A stretch of 41,881 nucleotides of DNA from Candidatus Calditenuaceae archaeon HR02 (GTDB taxonomy: Archaea > Thermoproteota > Nitrososphaeria_A > Caldarchaeales > Calditenuaceae): NCBI GenBank assembly GCA_002898395.1, contig BEHE01000016.1, positions 1 to 41,881 on the forward strand, written 5' to 3'. The number at the start of each line of letters is the position of its first letter. Positions within the stretch are counted from its first letter, which is position 1. A program made the translations under genes and the position numbers. Of this stretch, positions 27,490 to 36,872 are shown piece after piece. The notes beneath the pieces are model-generated. The model did no database searches. It was given only the letters and a program-made list of their open reading frames with translations, and was not told the origin of the DNA.

Positions 27490-28683
27490 CTATCGCGGGC
27501 TTGGTGCCGGCTGCTTGCCTAAGAGTCTCGCCCCTAACCACGACGCTATGGCTGTCCGGCTTGAAGCGTCTGCATAGACTCCATAGAATATTATAGCCAA
27601 TGAAAATGTTAGGGGTGCTATGTATCCGATATGTGGCCCGAAGCTATACAGTGTGAACGGCTTTGGCTCCTGTGGCAGGACTGTGAGCCACCACTCGTAG
27701 TTAAGCGAGAGTATCGGCATTCCTATCAATATTGTCGAGAGCAGTACTATCATTGAGTAGACACTTCCTCCGCCTGCTCTCCACTCACTGCTAAATATGC
27801 AGGAGCCCGCGACGCCTATTCCGAGGCCGAAAACCAGTCCACCTAAGAAGAACTGTAGGACACCTATTTGCGGTGGGGTCAGCGCGAACGGTATACCTAT
27901 CAGCTGGAGCAGGTATATGCCGGTGCTGTATGTGAGGACTGCTAGGCCGACAGCCTTGACCATGACCCCACTCGCATATCTCGGAGCCACCATATCCCTG
28001 TAGCATGAGGCGAAGCATATGCTCGAAACCCATCCAAGCACGCCGAAGGTAATTCCTGCAACCCACCATACAGCCACCACTGGTTTAAGTAGGGGTGTAA
28101 CTGCAAGCGCAACAATCGCGACGGCCACACCCATCCACCTCTGAGCTGCTGGAGATATGGTGAGTGAGACCCTTTTCGGAGCGGCCCTAGTCAAGAATAC
28201 TTTCTCAGTCAGCTTGAGACCGAGATAGGTCCCGGGGAGCAGTGCCGCGGTAAATATTGCAGCATGTAGCCCACCGGCCGCCCAGGCGGATAGGAAGTTT
28301 CCGATGTTGCATCCCAAGGCCAGCCTAGCCCCGTATCCCAGCAGGGCACCGCCTAACACTGCTTGGAGGAGCATCCATCTGTCCGGGATGTGTTTTATGG
28401 CGAAGCTCCTCGTCAAGAGGGCTGCAGCAAATCCACCGACAAGTATGGCGAATACGATGGCTTGGGTGTAGTCTTCGATGGGACTAAGGAGCTTGAACTG
28501 TTGATAGTACCGCAGCTGGTCTATGGGGAGGCCTAGACTTTTCCAGAAAAGCCCTCCAAGCTTCGACTCTCCCGTCGTTATGCCCCAGATCGACCCTTTA
28601 CCCCCAACCTGGTATACCGAGTAGCCCAGAGCAACAGAGACCAGCCCTATCAGCACGGCTGAGATGTATATGGTCCTGCTCAG
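27490..28683 (-). CDS. YeeE/YedE-family sulfur (thiosulfate) transporter
   Basis: GARLALGCNIG, SICFAS and AGSC Cys motifs, multi-TM. The frame is open upstream of the track start 28656; a CTG at 28683 follows a GAGGTG SD. Confidence 0.85.
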   Translation of the reverse strand: MSRTIYISAVLIGLVSVALGYSVYQVGGKGSIWGITTGESKLGGLFWKSLGLPIDQLRYYQQFKLLSPIEDYTQAIVFAILVGGFAAALLTRSFAIKHIPDRWMLLQAVLGGALLGYGARLALGCNIGNFLSAWAAGGLHAAIFTAALLPGTYLGLKLTEKVFLTRAAPKRVSLTISPAAQRWMGVAVAIVALAVTPLLKPVVAVWWVAGITFGVLGWVSSICFASCYRDMVAPRYASGVMVKAVGLAVLTYSTGIYLLQLIGIPFALTPPQIGVLQFFLGGLVFGLGIGVAGSCIFSSEWRAGGGSVYSMIVLLSTILIGMPILSLNYEWWLTVLPQEPKPFTLYSFGPHIGYIAPLTFSLAIIFYGVYADASSRTAIASWLGARLLGKQPAPSPR

Positions 28684-28794
28684 TCCCCAACACCTCGCAG
28701 TGTAGCAGTTAGCCCTTTTATTTATATATTATAATTCTCAACTAAGTCCATAATAATGGAAGATTTAAATTAACCCAACAGCTAGGCTACCTGT

Positions 28795-29073
28795 ATGGTC
28801 CAGAACATTCAGATACCTCCCGCACTCCTCACAAGGCTTGAAGACCAGAAATATCGCCTTGACCTCAGGGGATACACATGCCCCTACCCACAGCTCTATA
28901 CGGTGAAAGCACTGAGCCAGATCGAGACCGGCGCAGTCCTAGAAATACTAATAGACAATCCGCCCTCATGCGAGACGGTCCCCAGATCGATTAAAAACAA
29001 CGGCCAGGAATATCTTGGGACAGAGAAGATCGGCGCAACCCTCTGGATCATCAGGGCCAGGAAGATTAAGTGA
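28795..29073 (+). CDS. TusA/YeeD-family sulfurtransferase
   Basis: LDLRGYTCPYP and IDNPPS; divergent from yeeE. Confidence 0.9.
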   Translation: MVQNIQIPPALLTRLEDQKYRLDLRGYTCPYPQLYTVKALSQIETGAVLEILIDNPPSCETVPRSIKNNGQEYLGTEKIGATLWIIRARKIK

Positions 29074-29087
29074 AAGGGTTCTGCGCG

Positions 29088-29213
29088 ATGACGGTTTTTC
29101 GATGTCCTTGCTGCGGCGGCGAGATGCGGCCTGAGAAAGAGGAGAGAAACTCGGTTTACTATAGGTGCTCTTCCTGCGGCTTAACAGAGGTCAGGTTGAA
29201 GCAAAGCCTATAA
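29088..29213 (+). CDS. 41-aa CPxCG-type zinc-finger microprotein (not in ORF track)
   Basis: MTVFRCPCCGGEMRPEKEERNSVYYRCSSCGLTEVRLKQSL*, 14 nt after the tusA stop. Confidence 0.75.
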   Translation: MTVFRCPCCGGEMRPEKEERNSVYYRCSSCGLTEVRLKQSL

Positions 29214-29238
29214 ATACGTGGCAGGAGGGATGAAAACT

Positions 29239-29385
29239 GTGGCAATCGATCCAGTCTGTCATATGAACGTGAATGAGAAGACGGCCAAGTATACTTCCCA
29301 GTATGGCGGCGTGACATATTATTTCTGCTCCAAACTGTGTAAAGATAGCTTCGATAAGGAGCCGGGAAAATATCTGGGAAGATGA
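29239..29385 (+). CDS. YHS/TRASH-domain copper chaperone (not in ORF track)
   Basis: AIDPVCHMNV...YYFCSKLCKDSFDKEPGKY; GGAGG SD at 29224-29228; alternative in-frame ATG at 29230. Confidence 0.9.
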   Translation: MAIDPVCHMNVNEKTAKYTSQYGGVTYYFCSKLCKDSFDKEPGKYLGR

Positions 29386-29451
29386 GTAGTATCTCTGCGA
29401 TGTGGGCTTGTCCCAGCCGCGTCGCCAGAGGGGAATGGGTGGTGACGCTGG

Positions 29452-31497
29452 ATGGCTAAAGACCCTGTCTGTGGGATGTTTGTGGCTGAGTCTGAGGGCT
29501 CGTTAAAGGCTACTGTGAGGGGTACGACCTACTACTTCTGCTCCGAGACATGCCTCGCAAGTTTCATGGCGCCGGAGATAGAGCTTAGGCGGATCAGATG
29601 GCTAACAGTTTTAAGCTTCGCCCTCGGCATCCCTACACTCATCCTGACCTGGATACCGCTGACCATCCCCGCAATCCCAACCCCCATCCTATTATTCCTC
29701 CTAGCCACCCCTGTCCAGTTCATCGCAGGCTCTAGGTTCTATAGGGGAATGATACACGCCCTCCGGGCCCGGACGTCTAACATGGATACTCTGATCGCGA
29801 TCGGGACAACCTCTGCTTGGGGATATAGCGCCATGGTCACCTTCATACCCGGAGTGCTGCCCGAAGCCCTATACTACGAGGTTGCCGCCCTCATAATCGC
29901 CTTCATACTACTCGGAAGGTATCTGGAGCATCTCGTCCGGAGGAAGGCGTCGGATGCGATTAGGAAGCTGATGGAGTTGCAGCCATCCACGGCGCGGGTT
30001 GTCAGGGATGGCGTAGAGGTGGAGTTACCGGTTGAAGAAGTGGTTGTTGGAGACATGATTGTTGTCAAGCCAGGCGAGAGGATTCCTGTCGACGGTGTCG
30101 TGGTCGAGGGCCTGACGAGTGTTGATGAGAAGATGATCACTGGAGAGAGCATACCAGTGGCCAAGGAGCCGGGCAAAGAGGTCATAGGCGGAACAATTAA
30201 CCTCGGCGGAATGATAGTTGTGAGGGCCACGAAGGTCGGGGCCGACACCACCCTCTCACAGATAATAAAGCTCGTAGAGGAGGCCCAAGCTGCGCAGGCA
30301 CCTGTCGAGCGGCTTGTCAACCGGGTTGCATCAATCTTCGTCCCACTCGTCGTCGCTGTGGCATTAGCGTCACTGGCTATTTGGGCTCTGCTCAACGGCG
30401 ACACCCTCCGCGGACTAACCTCCTTCATAGCCGTCCTAATAATTGCGTGCCCCTGTGCACTGGGTCTAGCAACACCTGCAGCCATCGTCGTGGGTACAGG
30501 TAAGGGGGCTGAGAGGGGGATACTGATTAAAGGCGGTGAGGTCTTGGAGAGAGCTCAGCGAATCGACGCTGTCCTCCTCGACAAGACCGGAACAATCACC
30601 AAGGGTGTTCCCTCGGTCGCCGAGGTTGTGCCCCTGAACGGATTTGACGAGGAGAATGTACTCAGGCTGGCCGCCTCGGCGGAGCTAGGCTCACAGCACC
30701 CACTAGCTGACGCGATAGTTAGACACGCTAGAAAGCTCGGCCTAGAGCTTGTCTGGCCTAAAAGTCTCGAAGAACTGCCTGGCCATGGAGTATCTGCAAT
30801 GGTAGAAGAGGGCCTCGTATTGGTCGGCAACAAGACACTCCTCGAGAGGAATGGCGTAGACCCCAAGGGGGCAGAGCCTGAGGTGGAGAGGCTAGAGTCA
30901 ATGGGCTACACAGTGGTTTTTGTCGCGGTTAATGGTACTCTTGCCGGGCTCATTGGGGTCTTCGACGAGCTGAGGGATGGTGCGGTGGAAGCTGTGTCTA
31001 GGCTTCGCCAGATGGGGCTGAGAGTCCTAATGGTGACGGGCGATAACGAGAGAGTGGCGCGAGCAGTAGCTGAGAGGGTTGGAATAACTGAAGTGTTGGC
31101 TAATGTGAAGCCCCAGGATAAGCTGAATGTGGTGAAGATGCTTCAGCAGCAGGGCTTAAGGGTGGCCATGGTTGGTGATGGAATTAACGATGCGCCAGCT
31201 CTAACACAAGCAGACCTCGGTATAGCGATAGGGAGCGGGACAGACGTCGCGGTAGAATCAGGTGGAATAGTGCTGATAAAAGATGATCCAATCGACATAG
31301 CGAGGGCTATCACCCTCAGCCGGTTAACTATGCGGAAAATAAAGCAGAACCTCTTCTGGGCCTTCATCTACAACACAGCTCTCATACCCGTAGCCGCCTT
31401 CGGATTTCTCAACCCAATCCTAGCAGCCATAGCAATGGCCCTCAGCTCAGTCTCGGTCCTGACCAACTCCCTAAGCCTGAAAACAGCTCACCTTTAA
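29452..31497 (+). CDS. copA: P1B-type Cu(I)-transporting ATPase with N-terminal YHS domain
   Basis: DPVCGM...YFCSETC, TGES, CPC, DKTGT, HP, GDGIND, YN and MALSS. Confidence 0.95.
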   Translation: MAKDPVCGMFVAESEGSLKATVRGTTYYFCSETCLASFMAPEIELRRIRWLTVLSFALGIPTLILTWIPLTIPAIPTPILLFLLATPVQFIAGSRFYRGMIHALRARTSNMDTLIAIGTTSAWGYSAMVTFIPGVLPEALYYEVAALIIAFILLGRYLEHLVRRKASDAIRKLMELQPSTARVVRDGVEVELPVEEVVVGDMIVVKPGERIPVDGVVVEGLTSVDEKMITGESIPVAKEPGKEVIGGTINLGGMIVVRATKVGADTTLSQIIKLVEEAQAAQAPVERLVNRVASIFVPLVVAVALASLAIWALLNGDTLRGLTSFIAVLIIACPCALGLATPAAIVVGTGKGAERGILIKGGEVLERAQRIDAVLLDKTGTITKGVPSVAEVVPLNGFDEENVLRLAASAELGSQHPLADAIVRHARKLGLELVWPKSLEELPGHGVSAMVEEGLVLVGNKTLLERNGVDPKGAEPEVERLESMGYTVVFVAVNGTLAGLIGVFDELRDGAVEAVSRLRQMGLRVLMVTGDNERVARAVAERVGITEVLANVKPQDKLNVVKMLQQQGLRVAMVGDGINDAPALTQADLGIAIGSGTDVAVESGGIVLIKDDPIDIARAITLSRLTMRKIKQNLFWAFIYNTALIPVAAFGFLNPILAAIAMALSSVSVLTNSLSLKTAHL

Positions 31498-31537
31498 GAT
31501 AATAACTGGTTAGGATGGTTTAAGTTGACGGATAGAG

Positions 31538-32446
31538 GTGGACCTCCGGCGGTCGGCTAAGTCGTTGCTTTTACTCTTAGCCCTATTGGTGCTGCTACCA
31601 TGCGCCTCTGGTTCAGATGAGTGGGAAAGGGTTGTTAGCAGACAGCCTTGGGCCCTTGGTCTAACTCTGCCTGACGGGTGCCCTATCGGCGGCGGAGGAG
31701 TTCTCAGCTGGCCTTCGTCCAGAAACCTCACTGTAGTCGTCACTATTCCAAACATCAACTACACCGACAACACTATCTACGTTATTGTGAGCGCCATGAC
31801 GATGTCGGGCACGGTTCTACAGGTTGCGGCGGGAATTGAGCCGGGACAGAACCACTGGTCAACCTATGTGATGTATGTGACAGGCATCTATGGGTCGAGA
31901 AAGGAGTATCACCTAGTCGCCTACAGGGCCTCTCCACACCCAGCCCCAGGCAGCAGACTCTCGCTGTCGGTCTACTTAACAATGCGAGGCCCCTATCCAA
32001 CATGGTTTGGAGAAGTATATGATCACTCGACCGGGGAAAGGGGGGTTTTCGCAATGGTGGCCGACGGGAGCGTCTCCTTCAGGCCGGGAGGGCACGAGGT
32101 AGTCGCGCTCGAGTCATACACAACTAGTGAAGATGTCTTCGCCGGGATGGGGAGCATGGTTCTTCACGGAATATTCGTAGATGGACAGAGGGTGGTTGGA
32201 GGATGGTATGTTGATGATGGGCAGGTTTTCTATCGAGAATCCCTATTCATAGTTGGGGGTGGCGCGCCTGTCCCCAGCTTCATATCCATCAGCTTTCCCA
32301 GAAGTGGTGAGGCTGTATGGACGTATTCCCCCGTCTCCTGGGAGGTGTCGGAGGAGATTACACCCTATCTAGTCCCATTTCTGCTGACCCTCGCCATATC
32401 TATGGCTCTCGCCTTGATCATTCTAGTGGCGATCAAGATTAGGTAG
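31538..32446 (+). CDS. Secreted beta-rich protein with signal peptide and C-terminal membrane anchor
   Basis: Signal peptide (LLLLLALLVLLPCASG); C-terminal TM followed by KIR. Confidence 0.75.
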   Translation: MDLRRSAKSLLLLLALLVLLPCASGSDEWERVVSRQPWALGLTLPDGCPIGGGGVLSWPSSRNLTVVVTIPNINYTDNTIYVIVSAMTMSGTVLQVAAGIEPGQNHWSTYVMYVTGIYGSRKEYHLVAYRASPHPAPGSRLSLSVYLTMRGPYPTWFGEVYDHSTGERGVFAMVADGSVSFRPGGHEVVALESYTTSEDVFAGMGSMVLHGIFVDGQRVVGGWYVDDGQVFYRESLFIVGGGAPVPSFISISFPRSGEAVWTYSPVSWEVSEEITPYLVPFLLTLAISMALALIILVAIKIR

Positions 32447-32972
32447 TGGATGCTGGGCGAGGACTTGGTGTGTAGGGGGCCGCTAGGCTCGCGATAGTTC
32501 CTATCACCGTGACTAGACATAGGATCCTAAGAGGGTTTACAAAAGGCTCCATCACCATGCGGACGTTTTCTGCAGGTGCATGTAGTATAACTGCTGTGTA
32601 GCCTCCAACAGCCCCGGCCACGGCCAGTCCAATAGTGGTGCCGGTAAACCCGATGAATAGCGCAGCATAGCCTGTGAGGGCAAGGAAGTTGTTAACCCTC
32701 TTAGCGCCCGCGGCTTCAGCAATGGAGTACAAGTATGATAGTCCTAGAAATCCCCCGAAGCCGACTATTATGTATAGCAGGTAACCAAGCATGAACCACA
32801 CCCCTGGGCCGCCAGCCACAACTATCTTCAGCAACACCGGGAAAGGCTCGAACGGCAGCACGTAAAGCAAGGTCCATAAAATGGATACGAACGCGTTCGC
32901 CACAGCCCCACTCCTATATCTCGACGCCCAGACGTGTCCAGCCCCTCCGAAATGCGTCTCCCTTGCAGACAA
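32439..32972 (-). CDS. Hypothetical four-TM membrane protein
   Basis: 177-aa hydrophobic ORF with GGAGG SD and TTTTAAA upstream. Confidence 0.7.
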   Translation of the reverse strand: MSARETHFGGAGHVWASRYRSGAVANAFVSILWTLLYVLPFEPFPVLLKIVVAGGPGVWFMLGYLLYIIVGFGGFLGLSYLYSIAEAAGAKRVNNFLALTGYAALFIGFTGTTIGLAVAGAVGGYTAVILHAPAENVRMVMEPFVNPLRILCLVTVIGTIASLAAPYTPSPRPASTT

Positions 32973-33088
32973 CTACCTTCCCTCCAAGCCGACAACATCA
33001 CCGTCTTTTAAAAAGTCATATCTCAGATATGAACGCCTCTAGCCACGGTCGGTGAACTGTCCAAGGGCCGGGATGCAGTAAACTATTG

Positions 33089-33640
33089 TCAGCCGTGCCT
33101 GATGGCTATTATGGTTAGTCCGATTGACACGAGGAGAGAGGCTATCGTCTCCTGAATAGCAATGCCTGTCCAGGGCCAATCTATTATCCACGTGGCAAGG
33201 GTCGCCAAAAATGCTGCAATGGCGTAGACGCCGGCCCCCCAGTCCTTCATAAAGAGTGAGCATACGCCATAAACGAGCATGGTCAGACCGAAGAGTGTGA
33301 AGAGGATTACTGAAACAGTACCATGAGCCGCTCCAAAGTCTTCCGACAGAATCCCGACCGACACGAGGTCTATTCCAGCCAAAAAGAGCAGGATGGACCA
33401 TGGGATGACGAGGCGGTGGCGTCTCCCACGAAGTATCAGAACTGCGGTAATGGAGGCCAGTAGTCCAGAGACTATTAGACCGGTGTTAAAGATCGCGGCC
33501 TTAAGCCCCTGCCTCCCGTAGTTGCCGAGATCGCTAAGGGCGTTGTCATAGATGTTGAACCAAGGCGACACACCTATCGCGGCTGCGATAAAGAAGTACG
33601 CAGCCCAAGCCGCAGCTAGTCCAGTGTGTCTAGCCCTCAC
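33089..33640 (-). CDS. DUF998-family membrane protein
   Basis: SPWFNIYDNALSDLG, IFNTGL and AH motifs; about six TM segments. Confidence 0.8.
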   Translation of the reverse strand: MRARHTGLAAAWAAYFFIAAAIGVSPWFNIYDNALSDLGNYGRQGLKAAIFNTGLIVSGLLASITAVLILRGRRHRLVIPWSILLFLAGIDLVSVGILSEDFGAAHGTVSVILFTLFGLTMLVYGVCSLFMKDWGAGVYAIAAFLATLATWIIDWPWTGIAIQETIASLLVSIGLTIIAIRHG

Positions 33641-33910
33641 GCAGAGATGATGCTAAGGGAGGAAAATAAGCTTAGCCTAAAGGTGCTTCACAGCGCCATT
33701 TACGTATTTGGATAGGTCTTACGCCCTAGATGCAACACGAAACTAAGAAACACACCAAGAAGATAATGGATGTGGGGCGGGGATGGTTGGAAAACCTACC
33801 ATACGCTGGAGTGTACACCGCGGAGAGAGCCGCATACAGGAATGGGGGCGTTTTGAAGGTGGGGTGTCTGTGTGTCAAGTTTCTTGTAGCAGTAGCTCTT
33901 CTAATCAGAA

Positions 33911-35440
33911 TTATGTCCAGCTTAGAATGCTTGGGTTTGATAAAAGAAGCCAGATGAATAATAGGTCGAGGATAAGTACTGCGCTCCACAATGTTATTGC
34001 GGCTCCCTCAGAGAGGGCTCTTCGAGGCGTTGCATAGTATCCGCCCGGCCCCTCAGACATTTGTGGCTGGTATGCTGCTGGAACCTGCTGTTTGACTTCT
34101 GCCTCTGCTACAAAGCCGACCACTCCTCTGCCAGGATGTTCTGTCTTCTCCCATATAACCGGCTTAGTTATCTCCTGATATATCGCTCTAAGACTGGCGA
34201 GAGGCATCATCACATATGTGTAAAGCAGCATTGGCAGGATAACGGACCACCAGGGTGTCCTAACCTTCTCAATGCGTCCGCCTATGATCCAAGACGAAAT
34301 GTAGACAACATTAAAGAAGACAGGCAGGGTCGCCCATACAGGGAAGATGTTGCTGAGAAGTGGAGACGTGATGCCGTATAGTTCCAGCATCCATAGCCCG
34401 GTCAGAGCGAAGCTAACCCAATTCAGTAACACGACTATAGGGGTGCAAAGCATTAGCAGAATGGAGAGTAGCTTGATTAGTCCGATTCTCTTTACGAAGC
34501 CGGGGCGCCAAAGAAGTGGCGCGTATTTCCAGAGACTCTGGAGCCAGCCCCTAAACCACCTCGTCCTCTGCCTAAGCCACTTTCTGAAGGTTACAGGCGC
34601 CTCCTCCCAATGCCTAGCGTCTATGACACCTATCTTCATCTTGGCGAGGGTCATGCGTATAGCCAACTCAGCGTCCTCCGCTACGTTGAGTGAGTCCCAG
34701 CCACCTACCTGCACCGTCCTATCCTTCCAGAAGTAGTTGCCGGTTCCACCCAGCGGAGTGTATAGCCCGAGTCGCGCCCTACCATTAAGCCAGACACGGA
34801 ACCAGCCCGCATACTCATATGCAAAGACCCGAGTTATCCACGAGTCCTCCTCATTGTTTATTCTCAGTATGGCCTGTGCGGCGTCATAGCCATGGTCCAC
34901 CAGCGCTGATACTGCCTTCTGGAAAACATTCGAGTCAGGTATATCCTCCACATCAACAATCCCCACAATCTCTCCCGAGCAGAGCCTCAGAGCATCGTTC
35001 AGGGCGCTAGGTTTAGTAGGGTAGAAGGCCCTTCGCGCCAAGGCCCTGACATTCTCAGGATATCTCTGCTGCATGAACAGTGACACCCGATCGCCGAGTG
35101 GGTCATCTGTCACGACTACAACCTCCTTAGAACCCGCGGGGTATGCTTGGTGATTTACAATCACCTCGATGGTCCTCGGAAGAATGGGCTCACTTAGCGC
35201 CGGAACGATCACGGAGACCTTAGGGAACCTGCTCGGTGGCGTATGGGGTTTAAAGACTGGTCCAACACCTTTTATAGTCAATAATATGTGGTAAACCCCC
35301 CAAGCGGTATAGAAAACAGTAATGAAGTATGCGAGAAACAATAGTGATTGCCGTGTGAAGACAATTAGGGAAAATGAGGCAAGTGATAGGAAGATAAAAG
35401 CGAAGGCTATCCTTCTACTAGACCTTTTTACCCAAGACAA
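33911..35440 (-). CDS. Processive membrane GT2 glycosyltransferase (cellulose synthase superfamily, NfrB-like)
   Basis: TKPSALN, DVED, EYAGWF, PLGGTGN, GGWD, AEDAEL, QRTRW and WEKTEH; TM helices on both sides. Confidence 0.9.
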   Translation of the reverse strand: MSWVKRSSRRIAFAFIFLSLASFSLIVFTRQSLLFLAYFITVFYTAWGVYHILLTIKGVGPVFKPHTPPSRFPKVSVIVPALSEPILPRTIEVIVNHQAYPAGSKEVVVVTDDPLGDRVSLFMQQRYPENVRALARRAFYPTKPSALNDALRLCSGEIVGIVDVEDIPDSNVFQKAVSALVDHGYDAAQAILRINNEEDSWITRVFAYEYAGWFRVWLNGRARLGLYTPLGGTGNYFWKDRTVQVGGWDSLNVAEDAELAIRMTLAKMKIGVIDARHWEEAPVTFRKWLRQRTRWFRGWLQSLWKYAPLLWRPGFVKRIGLIKLLSILLMLCTPIVVLLNWVSFALTGLWMLELYGITSPLLSNIFPVWATLPVFFNVVYISSWIIGGRIEKVRTPWWSVILPMLLYTYVMMPLASLRAIYQEITKPVIWEKTEHPGRGVVGFVAEAEVKQQVPAAYQPQMSEGPGGYYATPRRALSEGAAITLWSAVLILDLLFIWLLLSNPSILSWT

Positions 35441-36482
35441 AAGTATACACCGACTCTAGGAGCAAGTCTCTTATGCTTTCTAAACCCCTCTCCCTCATCG
35501 GAATAAGAGTAAAGTAATCCGGATTAAGCACCTTTCTTAGCTCTGATGCCTTCTTCTGGTCCAGAATAACTATGAAATGCATGCCCAGGTCCACTGCCTT
35601 CGAAACCACGCCCATAGCCTCCGAGATATCGGAGCCCTCGTCCAAGATTTCAATGGCTGCAACTTTACCATCCGAGCGGATTAAAGCATGAACTACGTGT
35701 GCCATTTTGCTTCTACCTTTGATAACCTTCAAGATCTCCACCTCTACGTTTAGGCCCCTTTCAAGCTCTGCTCGGATTTTCTCGAGTAATCCAAGTATGG
35801 TGCGAGCCTTTTGGAGATCCTTACTCAATGTGAAGACCGGGTATCTCTCCACACTAATCTTGTCAAGCGTCGTCAGGTGGTCTTTGTCGCATCTCAGAAT
35901 AGTTAGCGGGTACTGGAATATTACTCCGCACAGCTGGCACTTGAAGCCAAGACCTGGACGCCCATAATCTATCCCCACTCTTTTCAGAGACTTGCCACAT
36001 TTCGGACATTTTTCAAGCAGACCCTGACTGTCTCTGACAAAGCCTTCTACACCATCCATATACCCGCACTCGTAATGAACCACGAGGTCTATGCGGAGTA
36101 GATCACTCTGCCTGCAGCTAGGGCATAAGACTTCAAGTCTTAGAGAGGTTGAGCCACAGGTCGAGCATGAGGGAAACGAGACATATCTTTTTACTTCTAG
36201 GAACGCCTCACTATAATGCTTCAACACACTCCCTGCCTGTATCTGGAATCCCGCTATGGTGTAGTACACGCCTAGTCCCGGTACTTGGACCGGCGTAATC
36301 TCCTGCTCGTCTCTCTCCCTGGAGAGGAGGAGTACTAGGTCCTTCATAGCGGGCGATTCCCGCATAGCTACTGTCCCTTCAACGCTCTTCATCGGAATAG
36401 TGTCACCTGATACTAGGTTTTTACGTGGTTTTTTAAGAGTTTTTCCTGCAAGTAATCGCCATAATACCGTCTCTCGATTCAT
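35418..36482 (-). CDS. TackOD1-like multi-zinc-ribbon protein with C-terminal nuclease-like domain
   Basis: CSTC, CPSC, HYECG, CPKC...GIDY, CQLC and CDKDH; C-terminal IKGRSKMAHVVH...AIEI; overlaps the GT2 start by 23 nt. Confidence 0.72.
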   Translation of the reverse strand: MNRETVLWRLLAGKTLKKPRKNLVSGDTIPMKSVEGTVAMRESPAMKDLVLLLSRERDEQEITPVQVPGLGVYYTIAGFQIQAGSVLKHYSEAFLEVKRYVSFPSCSTCGSTSLRLEVLCPSCRQSDLLRIDLVVHYECGYMDGVEGFVRDSQGLLEKCPKCGKSLKRVGIDYGRPGLGFKCQLCGVIFQYPLTILRCDKDHLTTLDKISVERYPVFTLSKDLQKARTILGLLEKIRAELERGLNVEVEILKVIKGRSKMAHVVHALIRSDGKVAAIEILDEGSDISEAMGVVSKAVDLGMHFIVILDQKKASELRKVLNPDYFTLIPMRERGLESIRDLLLESVYTFVLGKKV

Positions 36483-36607
36483 TGGTTTCAGTAGTTCGGA
36501 AATCTCGGTGGGGATAATGCATGACTATTTGGTGTTAGGTGTCTTTCTTTATGGATTGTGACATGGTTAATGCTTATATCGTGGCTTTGCTCGTCTTTAT
36601 TCTCGGC

Positions 36608-36871
36608 TTGCCTAGGGATCAGCAGCTGGGAGTGATATTACTCGTTGGATGTATTGCCGGGATAATAATATACGGCTGGCTGGTCTTCTTCAGCCAGTGG
36701 GCGCTTCTCGTCCTACAGATTACAGCCTTCGCCGGCGTAGCTGCGATACTCGGAGTCCTCGCATGGATAGGCTACACACTCGCCACCACTCCTCCGCCAA
36801 AACCCCTAGAAGAGATTGAGAAGGAGTTACAACAAGAGACTAGCAGCGTCAAGCCAGAAGAGGGCAGATAA
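36608..36871 (+). CDS. Small two-TM archaeal membrane protein (DPM2-like pattern)
   Basis: MPRDQQLG...WIGYTLATTPPPKPLEEIEKE. Start set at TTG 36608, about 29 nt after TTATA. Confidence 0.8.
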   Translation: MPRDQQLGVILLVGCIAGIIIYGWLVFFSQWALLVLQITAFAGVAAILGVLAWIGYTLATTPPPKPLEEIEKELQQETSSVKPEEGR

Positions 36872-36872
36872 A

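Noticed and set aside
33726-34037. Short ORFs on both strands between DUF998 and GT2
   Set aside because: No recognisable motifs, mutual overlaps, and overlap with the GT2 end.
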